Shown here: piece by piece, positions 1 through 11,160 of the stretch
Layout of the letters: each line of letters starts with the position of its first letter
How positions within the stretch are numbered: the stretch's first letter is position 1
Translations under genes and position numbers: made by a program
The notes under the pieces: model-generated
The model's input: the letters and a program-made list of their open reading frames with translations, nothing else
Told to the model about the DNA's origin: nothing
Databases searched by the model: none
NCBI GenBank assembly: GCA_010909165.1
Contig: MU008214.1
Location: 1 to 64,000 of the forward strand
Length of the DNA stretch: 64,000 nucleotides
DNA from: Anthoceros angustus
Lineage: Eukaryota; Plantae; Anthocerotophyta
Reading direction: 5' to 3'

Positions 1-698
1 TCTCCTTCCACGGAGAATGTTTTGACAAGTTTTGTCATAAGGCCTAGCGGGCGTTGGTAAGGGCATACCACCAGCTTGTCGTGCGATAGGTGGACCAGCT
101 TCTTGACGACAAAGGGGTGCCCAATAACTGTCCTTCCATTGTTGAAAGTCCCATGCATGGCGTTAGGCATCATAGGAACCCAGTCTCTCGCACAACTTGC
201 TTTTAGACACCATCCCACTGTCACGTACTCGACAGTCTCAAATCCGCCTCTATCGTTATTCATGTTTGTCTTGTCCCAGATGAAGGACACCATGCCTCCC
301 TTCCCACACAATTTCCGCATAGACTCCACGGTATGTGGGCTTCTTCAACTCCATGCAAGGACGATAAGCTGAACTCCTCGGTGGTCTTCTCTTCAAAACT
401 ACAGCATATCATGGCCAAATCCATGCGCTTGTCCATAGGACCGATGTCAAAGCCACGGGGCGTCCATGACAAGCAAAGTGTATCTCCTTCCCGCAGATAA
501 CACGCATGTCAAGAACATTACGTCCTTGATGCAGTGCGGACACGACCGATGGAGCGTTGAAAGCGTGGAGTCCCTCTTGCAAGTCCTTGTCTGCTAAAGC
601 CCGCTGCTCATTCTCCAAGCCCTTCCAATTATTGATCTCAAATATGAAATGGCGAAACTCCTCGGGAAGTTTCGACAAGACCTCCATCCTTCAATTCT
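1..698 (-). CDS. N6_N4_Mtase-like (beta-class amino-methyltransferase) exon, truncated by the window edge
   Basis: Manual translation gives ALHQGRNVLDM..., then YTLLVMDAPW (DAPW at 464-453; DPPY/W-type motif IV), GFDIGPMDK after a frameshift, and an open frame 344-1 missing from the ORF track: ...VSFIWDKTNMN..GFETVEYVTVGW...CPYQRPLGLMTKLVKTFSVEG(D/E). This matches IxWxK..E..HPxQKPxxLxxxLIxxxSxxGD, which precedes FxGxG. Confidence 0.8.
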
Positions 699-3600
699 TG
701 CATGCAATCAGATGGTCGTGAAAAACATCCTATACTTTTCAAGAAAGGGGCGGCCGGCGGTACGCCGCTAAGCCTTTCACTCTCGGGAGGCCCCTACGGG
801 TGGCGTGCGGAGGGCGGCCCGGCCCGCGGCGTCCTCGCCTGGGCACCACATGCGGCACCGTCGAAATGTGGCGGAGGAGGCGCGGCCCGACCAGCGCCCT
901 CCTCACACGCCACCACTGGCCCTCCTCAAGGTGGTGCGCCTGGCGGGCGCCGCCGGCGACCCTCGCGCCAGCGCCACCGCGGGGGCCTCACGAGGTGGTG
1001 CGTGGAGGGAGGCGCAGCCGGGCGCCCTCCTTCCGCGGCGCCCGCCCACCGCCCCACCCGTCGGCCCGGCGGGTGGCTCGGCCCTGTAGGCGACGGCAGC
1101 CCGCCCACCCGGCCGCGCCCCGCCCGCCGCCGGTGGGCGGGCGCCGATGCTGGCGCCCGTGCACCACCGTGAAACCCAGAGCGGGTGGTGCGAGTGAGAT
1201 AATCGGTCCCTCCACACCTCCTCCCTTCCACGCATCCCCTGTGCATTGGCATTTCTATCGATAATTCAGCGAAACTTAACTTAAGCAACCGGAAATGAAA
1301 CACACCTTAGAAGCAAATGCTGGCGAAATCGAGCCAAGACCATCGGTGGTCGAGTGTGAAATTACTCCTCCGCACCTCCTCGAAGGACGCACATCCTAAG
1401 TGCTTCGCCATCGCCACTTGGATAATATGAAATTTTTTTCGTTGAGTGATATCATCATCCATGCCCTTCAGATCTATAGGGCTGACAAAACCTTCTCCGT
1501 CTGTAATAAGGATCTGCTGCCCACATTCTCCAGAAGGAATTCCTTGGAATGATTTCCAAGGCTTCGCTAACATGTCCTTTGGCTTTACATATCCCGCATC
1601 AAGCTTCTTGGGGTCCTCAGTCACTTTCCGCTTTCCTTTGCTTTTTTTGCTTGTTCCAGCTATGACATGCTTCTTCTGCTCTGGCAATTCCCCCGCTTCC
1701 CACTTTGTGAATATCTTGTCCACATTTTTCCAGACTTTCCCCTCTAACTTAGCTATGCATAAGATATGGGTCCTGTTGTCGACCTTGTTCTGCTTGTAGA
1801 CATCGTCCTCACGTGCTTCGTCAGTCCTCAATAAGACCAAGCACTTTGTATAGGTTGAACTTCCACGTCATAGTCATCTGCACACCGTCACGTTTAGCAA
1901 TGATCAATTCATCTCTCAAATATCGCACCTGCTCTATGAAGCTCATCTTCCGCCGTTTATCTGACATTATATTGTGGTCAGTTGCCAGGACTCTCATCTC
2001 CTGCAGTGTAAGGCCGCAATACACATGAACTTCAACGTACTGGAAACGTTTTTTCCCTGGAGAGATGTCTGCAAGATGCTTCATTGCCGCATACGTGTGG
2101 TTTCCACCCAGCACCCCCATGACATATTTTTTTGCTCTGAACCTTTGCCAGTCTAACTTCTCCAACTCATCGCACTCTGCAGGATCAATCATACATAGTA
2201 GTGGGAGCACTCCTTCTTCAATTCTGCCCTTGGAGATAACACGAGCCAAGTAATTTGCCCATGCTTCATCCACCTTGCGTATACTGCCGTCGGTGAGAGT
2301 AGGATCTTGCACCTGAGTTCTCCGGTTTACAAAACGCCCGGCGGCAGCGCCCGCCCTCACGTGCCACCCGGAGGGAGCGGGGAGCCGCCCGTCGGCCCAT
2401 GGGCGGGGCTGCCGGCCGGCAGCGCCCGCCCGTCTCACCGAAGACCACCCTCGGGTGGTGCTCGCGGCCCGGCGAGGGCGGCCGGTGGCGGCGCCTCCCG
2501 CGAGGACCACCATCGTCGCCTCCCGGGTGGTGCCGCCCGGGGCGCCCGGCCCGGCCTCCATGTCACCGGGTGGCACCACGAGGCGCCGGCCGCCCGCCCG
2601 CCCTCCACGCGCCACCGAGGACGCGAGCCGCCCGTCGGCCCATGGGAGGCGGCGGGCCCGGCCGGCGCCCGCCCGTGCACCACCCGAGACCACCCTCCGG
2701 TGCTCGCGGAGCGCCCGGCCGGCCGCCCCTCCATGTGTCACCGGTGGCACCACGAGGGCGCGGGCCAGCCTCCGGAGGCCTTGGGCGCCCAGCCCAGGCG
2801 GCGCCGTGGCCAGCGCCGCCCGCCTGCACCACCCAGAGACCACCTCCGGGTGGTGCCGCGGGAGCGCCGGCCGGCCGCGCCCTCCATGTCACCGGGTGGC
2901 ACCCCGAGGGAGGCGGCGGCCGGGCGCGCCTCACGTGCCACCCGGGAGGCCAGCCGTCGGCCCATGGAAGGCGGGCGGCCGCGGCCGGCGCGCCCCCTGC
3001 ACCACCAGACCACCTCTGGTGCTCGAGATGGGAGGCCGGCCGGCCGCCCTCCCCATTCAGTTACCACAATGGGTGGGTGCTCGGGAGGGCGCCCGGCCAG
3101 CCCAGCACTCCCTCCTCGTGCACCACCCATTAATGGCCCTCACACATCTCCTGTATACATGGCATTTCCGCCGCATAATTCAATACGCTAAAACAAAATT
3201 CAGCATCCTTGGAATGAAAGGCTAACCTTGAAGCAAATGCCTCAAATCGAAACCCGACTGTCTGACGAGTGTAGAGGGTACTCCTCCCGCACCTCCTCGA
3301 AGGATGCACAGCCTAAGTGCTTCGCCATAGCCACTTGGATAATATGGAATTTTTTTCGTTGAGTGATATCGTCATCCATGCCCTTCAGATCTATGAGACC
3401 TGCCAAAACCTTCTCCGTAGCTGTAATAAGGATCTGCCCACATTCTCCGGAAGAATTCCTTGGAATGATTTCCAAGGCCCTTCTTTAGCTGGTTTCACAT
3501 ATCCAGGCACATCAAGCTTCTTGGGGTCCTCGGTCACTTTCGCTTTCCTTGCTTTTTGCTTATTCCGGCTATGACATGCTTCTTACATCTGGTAATTCCC

Positions 3601-4961
3601 CTTCCCACTTTGTGAATATCTTGTCCACATTTCCAGACTTTCCCCTCTCTAGCTATGCATAAGATATGGGTCTATTGTCGCTTGTACACATCGTCCTCCG
3701 TGCTTAAAAATGTCCTCAATAAGACCAAGCACTTTGCTTATAGGTTGAACTTCCACGCCATAATCATCGCACCGCAATCACGTTTTGCAATGATCAATTC
3801 ATCTCAAGTAGCCCTTTTCTGTAGCTCATCTTCCGCCGTTTATCGACATTATGTGCTTGGTGAGTTGCGAGGACTCTCATCTCCTGGTACAGGCGCCAAT
3901 ACATGGGCTTCAACGTCTTTGGAAACGTTTTCCACGGAGAGATATGCGCAAGATGCTTCATTGCCGTGCACATCGTGTGGTTTCCACCAGACACCCCATG
4001 ATATTTTTGCTCAACCTTTGCCGGTCTAACTTCTCCAACTCATCGCCGAGGATCAATCATACATAGTAAGTGGGAGCACTCCTCTTCAATTCACTTAGGA
4101 GCCAGTAATTGGCGTGCCCCATCCACCTTCGTGTCTGGGCGTCAGGGAGGTGGGGTGGGATCTTGCTGGGGTTCTCAGTTCAAAGACGATTTCCATGACA
4201 ACTTTCTTTTATCGCTTCTGATGCGTGTCAATGGATCTAACCGTACATCGCGAAAACCCGCTGGTCTTTCTCCATCACATTGACAGCCGTGAGTTGTTGG
4301 AATGGCCTCTAGCTCTTCATCTGTCTGCCTTTCTCTCTCCTTTTCTCTTCTGTTTGCATTTGGCCGCTCTGCGTCCCCTTCTCCCGGCATTTTCATCGCT
4401 TCACCTTTCCGCTTCCCTTCAAGATCGCCGCTCCACCATCTTGAATGGAGGACACGGAAGGGCGCGGCGGCGCCTCGTCTTCCTCTGATGCAGCCAGTTG
4501 CCGGGCTTGCTTCTGTTGCACCTGTGAGGCGCCATGTAGCCGGCGCGCCTTCCTCTCCTTGGGCACAAATTGCTCACAGGAGGAGGGGCGCGTGGCCGCG
4601 CCCATGCCCATCCTCTGTGATGCTGGAGGCGGATCCGAGGAGGCGCCGGCGCCCGGCCGCCCATCGTCCCCTTGGGGATCCTTCCCGAGAACTGTTGGCA
4701 CTTGAGGAGGAGGCGGAGGCGCCCGGGCTGCCGCTCCTCCCTCACGTCTGTGTCATACCTCATGTTCGGGACCCCCTCTGGCATGATGTAGTCCCCCTCA
4801 TCTTCTTCCTGGTATGTCTCCTCGTCATCTGAGTGTCCAAGACTATCAGGAATGGGCCCGTCGTCGTCGTCCATAGGGCCTAGCTCGCTCCCATCTTGTA
4901 ACTCGTCGGTTTCCTCCTCTTCCCTTTCTTGCAGCTGAGCTCTTGTTCGTCGAAGAGACAT
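1..4961 (-). CDS. Intron-containing gene for acidic N-terminus + ParB/Srx-like domain + beta-class N6/N4 DNA methyltransferase; frameshifted, ParB exon duplicated, 3' end runs off the window
   Basis: Likely ATG at 4961 (MSLRRTRAQLQEREEEETDE...). ParB-like exon ~2322-1306; GT donor at ~1305 and AG acceptor at ~698; MTase exon ~698-1. All on the minus strand and collinear. Confidence 0.7.
750..1200. repeat. Very GC-rich degenerate repeat in the ParB-MTase intron
   Basis: Abrupt GC-rich block with CACCAC/GGTGG motifs; counterpart of 2335-3130. Confidence 0.6.
1306..2322 (-). CDS. ParB/Sulfiredoxin-like N-terminal domain exon followed by a helical region
   Basis: IRKVDEAWANYLARVISKG...LPLLCMID...YVMGVLGGNHTYAAMKHL...VEVHVYCGLTLQEMRVLATDHN matches the ParB-N pattern (R..D..L..I..G, PI.V, vigGxH(R)..A, L...e...la..N). 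From ORFs 1821..2843 and 1307..1840. Confidence 0.75.
2335..3130. repeat. GC-rich degenerate minisatellite with palindromic CCACC..GGTGG cores (intron copy 2)
   Basis: Recurrent CTCCATGTCACCGGGTGGCACC (~2556, ~2883; variant ~2730), GTCGGCCCATGG (~2391, ~2634, ~2956) and ACCACC..GGTGGT (2444, 2839). Confidence 0.75.
3228..4176 (-). pseudogene. Indel-rich tandem duplicate of the ParB-like exon
   Basis: Aligns by eye with 1306-2322 (GGNHT..AMKHLA; DLKGMDDDITQRKKFHIIQVAMAKHLGCASFEEVR present in both). Confidence 0.85.
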
Positions 4962-5079
4962 TACTCGCCTGTGTTGGACTACAGTGTGAGTGATTTCCAC
5001 AGACTCTGATGAATCGTCTCCATAGATGCAAGCAGACGGATCCCACTCGATTTGGGACAAGAGGCGACTCGGCTTACAA

Positions 5080-7150
5080 AGTAACATATGCCGGTGTACA
5101 TTAGTCTTAGATTGCTCCCGTCGACACCATGAACATGCCTACAAGCTTTGGGGTTCGCATTTCTTTATGATGAGGTTGTTGAACCTCATATCAAATGCCC
5201 GTGTCCCTACGACTCTACGACCTTGTATCAAAATCTTGTAGCACAGTTCACTTGTAACGGCAATTCTCTTCCGGACATGTCCAAGGAAGCCCACACAACC
5301 CAACCTGCCCTTGCTCGTTGATTGGGGAGAGCATCTTTATACCCCATGATCCACAGCTTGAACAGAGGTGTCCAGAACACGCTATTGTCCTCCTTCGCTC
5401 ACGAACCAACATCGATCTTTGTCCTAGCTCAATGGAATCCATTTGCGCGCCCAATCGTCTGATGTACACTGTCTCCTCAAAACTGTATGGCGATGGGATT
5501 GGCACCACCTTCTTCCCGCCTTTCTGTCATCGGAGATGGACACCACCTTCCGTAGTTGGCCTTGTCTGTCGATTGACTATTGCATCACGTTTGCTCCTTC
5601 GGCAGTTGCACGTCTGCGACAATATGCAGGCTACCATGTGCATGTGCGATGGTCGCCTCAGCCGTTCTTCCTTGGCCACCATCTCCTATGGAGCCCGAAG
5701 GCAATCCTTTCCCTCAGCATGTCCGCGCTTGACCGGCTTCTCCATATCACGGAGGGTTGCAGGAATCCGCTCTCTGGTCCTTCTTGCTCGCCTCCCATTG
5801 CCATCTGCTATGCTGTGTGCCGCCACTTTCGACCCTACCGCTCTGGTTTAGCAAATGGCTGGTTCCGCTTTCGCCTCCTCGGGCTGGCCCCGCTCGCTCC
5901 GCTTGCCCCAAGCCCGGCCGCTCCAGACGCGCCTCGATGCTCTCCAGCGGCAGCGGCCGTCCGGCGCGGTGCCGCAGCCTGATCCTGAAAGCCACGCTGC
6001 TTCCGCCCGCTGCCGCCTCCCCGCTTCAGCTGCTCGCGGCAGCGCCTCGCTGCCGGCCGGGCCAGCCGCCCATACCTCCCGTGGACGGATCACTGCCGGT
6101 GACCTTGGGTAAATTGTAGCTCGCTCCGGCTCACCTTGCTCGCGGAGGTAATGGCATTGCGCGGTCTGCCGGCTACTGATCACTCGCTGGCTGCTTATTT
6201 GAAACCTCCCGCTTTGCCACGTTGGGTTCGCCGCATGCCGCTGCTGGTGCTTCCGTGCGCTCCGGGCCTCCCGATGCTTGTTGGATCTGCTTCTGGATGC
6301 CGTTGCTTTCGCTTCACTTCGCCGCTACTGGATAGCTCCTCCGCCGGATCTGCTTACTTTTCTGCTGGATCACGGCGCCGCCGCCGGCGGCGCTCGCCCG
6401 GATGCCGCTTGCAAGCTCTTTGCTGCTACGCCGCCTTTATGCGGTACTCGGATGCTACTTTGCCGCCGATCTTGCCGAGATGGCCTGCGGATGGCCCGGA
6501 GTGGATCTTGCGCCGGATGCCGGCACTTCGCCGCTTCTTGCTTCTTGGCTGCCGCCGACGCTTCCGCTGCCGCTACCGCCCGCTATTATCAGCCTCCGAT
6601 ACCCTTGGTCCGTAAGGCTACAGCTGGCGAGATCAAGCCGCCGGCCGCCGCCGGATGTGCTGCCGAACGGCCGACTTTCGTTGCCATGCCGCTGTTGAAC
6701 GCTGTATGCTGCCGAGATCCGACCCTCCGTCGCGGCGCGGCCATGCCCACGCTGAGATCTCGCTGCAGACGCCGGATACTCTCTGCCTGACGCTGGAGCA
6801 GCGGCACTCCTGATAAGCTGCGCTCCGCTGATGGTCTGAAAGCTCGCCGGCTGCTGGGCGAAGTTGATTGCACTTTCGCCTGGCCTGGGATGACGCCCGT
6901 TCGCGCAGGCTGTGCTCGCCGTCCCGGTTTCCTACGGCGCGGCTGTTAGGGTTTCGTCGCTGCCCTTCTGGCTTGAAGCCCTGCCGTCCGCCCGCTCGAC
7001 CGCGGCTTGTGCTCGCCGATCCGCTTTTCGGCCGCCGCCAGTTTGACCCGGCCGATCCTGCTTCGCGCCAAACTGCGCGGTGCGAGTTGACGGTCTTGGT
7101 TAGGCGCCCCATTATTCAGCTGCCGGCACCGGTGAGGGTTAGCGCCCGGT
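5080..7150 (-). other. Possible further degraded minus-strand gene with a GC-rich low-complexity 5' part (GCCGGAT/GCCGAGAT motif repeats)
   Basis: Coding-like fragments at 5100-5800 (e.g. GRLGCVGFLGHVRKRIAVTSELCYKILIQG); repeated motifs at 5850-7150; telo-box AAACCCTAA on the minus strand near 6950. Confidence 0.3.
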
Positions 7151-7632
7151 GACCGAGACTATGAATATGCTGACTGACCAAAACCGCACGTTACTGGCCA
7201 TTCTGCCCGATTGCATTGCCGTGACGACACCAGGCCAGTTAAATTCTCGATTCGATTGATGTGTCCGCCAATCGCGATGGCGTCATTTAATCGATGGTGG
7301 TTTGAATAATCATTAGCATTGCGTAGCATTAACTGCGATAAAATTTTAATGTATGCGGTGACTAAATCGCGGCTACGATCAGCTAGTTAAGCATTAAATG
7401 GCATCGTTGAGGGATATCGCGTAGTTGTCTTTGTCTTTAAGGGATTCGAGAACTAAGTGGAAATATAGCCATTGCGTTAATTACACTCGCATTATTTCTC
7501 TGCGATATTGTTTGCCGTGCTCTCCGCCGATACCATCAACGGTGTTCTCTCCTCTGACAAGTCCGATCCACTAAACCCACATTCCGCACACTAAGCGGCT
7601 AAGGAACTGGACGACAACGGGAGGCAGGGACC

Positions 7633-10600
7633 ATGTTGCGCGCTACTCACAGCCCTGAAGAAGACGAGGTCAGTGCTGATACTCCAACACATCATCTGTG
7701 AGCCTTGCTTTCAGGCAAGTTCCTTCTATAATGCGGGTGTCACGATTTTGTGTTTTTTCAGATGTTGCTTCCAGAGGAAGTGGTGCGCTCGCAATATACG
7801 CGTGCTCTAGGTGAAGAAGACTCGAGAAGGAAGCGAGCTAACCTGAACGCCCCGCCTAGCCTGCCGGTAGTTCTTCCACATGGCGTTGCAGCCACTCAGA
7901 AGGGAACACCCGAGTCCGAAGGTACATGAGGTGACATGCTTGTCTCCTCACACTGGGGTAAATCTTTTCGTACTGATAATCTCAATTCGCGTACATGCAA
8001 ACGTAGATGCCTTTGTTGGAAGACCTTCAAGGCGCCGACGCCAAGGCTCCTCACCAGCCGTTCCGCGATATCTCCCAAGGACACCCAGAAATCTCAACCT
8101 ATATGCTGCCATCAAGGGCAGCCCGTCATCCCTGCGAGGAGAAGATGCAGCGGGCAGACGAGACCAAGATCCTGAACCAGGCTGGCATTTGATGCCGAGG
8201 CGTGGCCTCTTTTGTCCAAGGATGGGTGATCTTGGGGATGCCAGTGATGAGCGGGAGGCCATTGGAGTCGAGGATGAAGAAAACGTGTTCCAGTCGCCGG
8301 TAGGAGACCCAGTCCCGAAATCTTATCACCCGAAGCCAATGTGCGAATCTTTGCATGCCACTAAGAAAGTTGGAGCCGGCTGCTAGAGGAGACGAGCTGC
8401 AGGAGTTCCATTGCAGAAGTGTGACACGAACAGTATCAATATGGATTTCAATAAGGCATGTTGCAATGAGATGTGCGCGCATAAATTGACCAGAGAAAGA
8501 TTTCGTGAACAACGATACAGGTATTTGCGCATGGGAAGACAGGAGCAGGAAACGTTTTTGGAGTCCCTGGTTGATGTACAACGAAACGCCAGAGGTAATG
8601 TAAAGATTATAACTCATCTACCGGGAAAAGAGCAATTCCAATGTTGTTTGCGCACATTCCGAAGAGTCTTTTGCCTTGGTCTGGTGCACGAAATTGACAG
8701 AGTCACTTTGCATGCCCCATGGGACGCTTTGAGAGCCAATCCCAAGGAGAAGTCCCATCATGCCGAATTCGCCATATCTTGGATGGACACCACTTTTCTA
8801 AACATGGCGGAGAGACTTCCAAATGTCGAAGTGTTCAACCTTCCCGACTCGTATACAAGACTTGAAATTTGGAGTATGTATAGGCGACATTGCGAGGAAT
8901 CTGGCCAGCAATATGTTACATATGCATGGTTCTTGCGCCTGTGGGTAGGACACTTCAACCGGGTGAAGATTCCGAAGTCGAACAGATTTTCAACATGCTC
9001 GTTATGTGCTGGATTGAAGACAACGATTCGCAATACAGTTTTTAAGCGGACCAAGGTAAGCACTACCTTTGCATTTTCATGTGGGATCTAGAGTGTGGAG
9101 GCGTTGGGCGCCCCGGCATTGTCGAACTCATAGGCCGGCCGGCCAGGCGATGAATCTAGTGATTGCGGCGGCGGCAGTGCTGAGTGAGTCCCGGCCAGAT
9201 CCGGGACCGGCGCCGGCCTGCGGTTGCCCGGACCGAGGCGCCGGCGGCCCGGTGCGCCTCGGCGTGCGGGCGCGGCGCCTGGCCGGCGGCGCCCACTGCC
9301 TCGGTGCGGAAGCGGCCGGCGAGCGCCCCGGCAGCGGCTCGGCCAGTGCGCCCGTGCCCCTCCCAATGGTGACGGGCGCGGCCGGGCGCCTGCGCCGGAG
9401 ACGCCCGGCGGCTGCATGTGCGGCAAACAATGGCCTGTCGGCGCTGACGCTGGTCTTCGATGGCTTTAGGCAACCATGCAAATCCTTCCTTTTAATGTTT
9501 GCAGAGAAATATCAAGCGGCGTTAGACGTCCATCGGCAGCGACTTCTTGCAGAATGCGCCAAGATGACGAAACATCGCAGCAAGAGTTATATATAGCCAC
9601 ATAAGTATATTTTATTGGCGATTGATGGAATGGACCAGAAAAAGACGGAGATCCCACACATTTTGAGGTGGCCAAAGAACTTGGATGAGGAATGCCGCAT
9701 TTCAGTTCATGTAGTGGGGTGCATGATCCACAACTACACCCACAAGGCGAGAGCTTTTTTACACTATGCTAACCTCCGGAATGATGCAAATTTGACTATC
9801 AGCGTCATTCAAGATGTTATCCACAACTATGATGGTGTCTTGCCCAAGGTTCTTTATCTTCAGCTGGACAATACATGCTGTGAGAACAAGAACCAACTAC
9901 TATTTGCGTATCTGAACATGCTAGTGGACATGGGCACATTTGAGAAAGTGAAGGTGGGCTTCCTTCTGGTTGGCCACACTCACGATCAAATTGATCAAAT
10001 GTTTTCATGCTTCTCAAAAAGCTTGAGACACAAAGAAGCGCACACGCTGCCCGCGTTGGCGGACATTCTCAAATGTGCCTACACACCATCACCAGATGTT
10101 AAAGTGTTGACGGAGGTCCCGGATTTTAGGACATATGTGTGGCAGCGAGGAGCGAGAAGTTTGTTGTCACAAAAAAGCGAACAATCTTCGTTCCGGCCAG
10201 TTCAAAATTACGGGAAGACAAACCGGCGGCCTTGTCACCATCATCGAGCAAGCGTATTCAACATCCGCTATGGGAGCGAAGGATTAGAGTTTTGAATTTT
10301 GTTCCCGAGGGAATAGCAGTGCGCCTTCTGTCATTGCGAGCCGGGATAAGGAAGGCAGCGGTGTATCCTATCACCAAGGAAGGGTCGCCCACTTGCGGGA
10401 AGGATTAAAAGGGTTGCGTCCATATGTCACTTCTTTGAAAATACAAGTGGTGGGAGGCCTTTTGGGTGGACGAGGAGATTCTTTGTCATTGTGGAGAATA
10501 ACATCGGTCTAGTGCTAGAACATCCTTGGAAGTGGTTTTCACGTGCGGAAGTGGAGCATCTGACCCGACCACTTCAAGTCCGGATGAAGCTTTGTTGGAT

Positions 10601-11160
10601 GAGGCATTGAGGGACCTCCAGCGGGATATGTACTTGGGGCATATCAAAATGCGGAACAGCAGTGAAATGGCGGATGAATGGGGACATAAAATCAAGAGGG
10701 ATGTTTACAGCGTGCCGTGCACTACGGACACGCATAACGAGGCCATTGGATTGGGGAGGTCATTGGCGTGAAGCTAAAAGCACCACGACCTCACTTTCTT
10801 CTCCAGTATCGGACCGACCACGGATGCGTATGAAGGAGATATGTGCGAGGAATACATAGTCCGCCAGTGGTAACCATGGTCAATCACGAGGAGGAAAAAG
10901 GGAATAAGGTCCATTACGAAAAACATACAGGGTATTTGTAATGATAAACGATCATCATACTATGGGTTTTGTTGAGCGCGGAAACATCTATGTCACGGTG
11001 GACAAAGCGATAAGGGATAAGCTCTGCGAGTTGCATGGCTTCATACAACTGCGAGTCAAAGTGCGGTGAAGATAGTGATGACAATCTGAGGAGAAGCTGG
11101 ACCAGTGATGACGAAGGATTGAACTACGGGATGAGTGAAAGCGAAATCTCGTTTTTCCGT
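7633..11160 (+). CDS. RNase H-fold DDD-type transposase (Sola1/DUF7869-like), intron-containing, frameshifted
   Basis: Cys-rich region and WFLRLWVGHFNRVKIPKSNRFSTCSLC (8411-9055); intron GTAAG 9056 to CAG 9503; acidic motifs IDGMDQ, LQLDNTCCENKN and FLLVGHTHDQIDQMFS (9615-10295). Start and end approximate. Confidence 0.75.

Noticed and set aside
380-430. DLAMICCSF as a dead MTase catalytic motif
   Set aside because: A better motif IV (LLVMDAPW) lies just upstream in the adjacent frame.
1306-2322. Bacterial ParABS partition locus or bacterial contamination
   Set aside because: No ParA seen; the gene has spliceosomal-type intron sites and lies among plant transposons next to plant genes.
2335-3130. 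CRISPR-like array
   Set aside because: Repeats are degenerate with no unique regular spacers, there are no cas genes, and the context is eukaryotic.
702-3225. Many overlapping Arg/Pro/Ala/Gly-rich ORFs on both strands
   Set aside because: By-products of stop-poor GC-rich intronic repeats; only the 2322-1306 portion has protein-like motifs.
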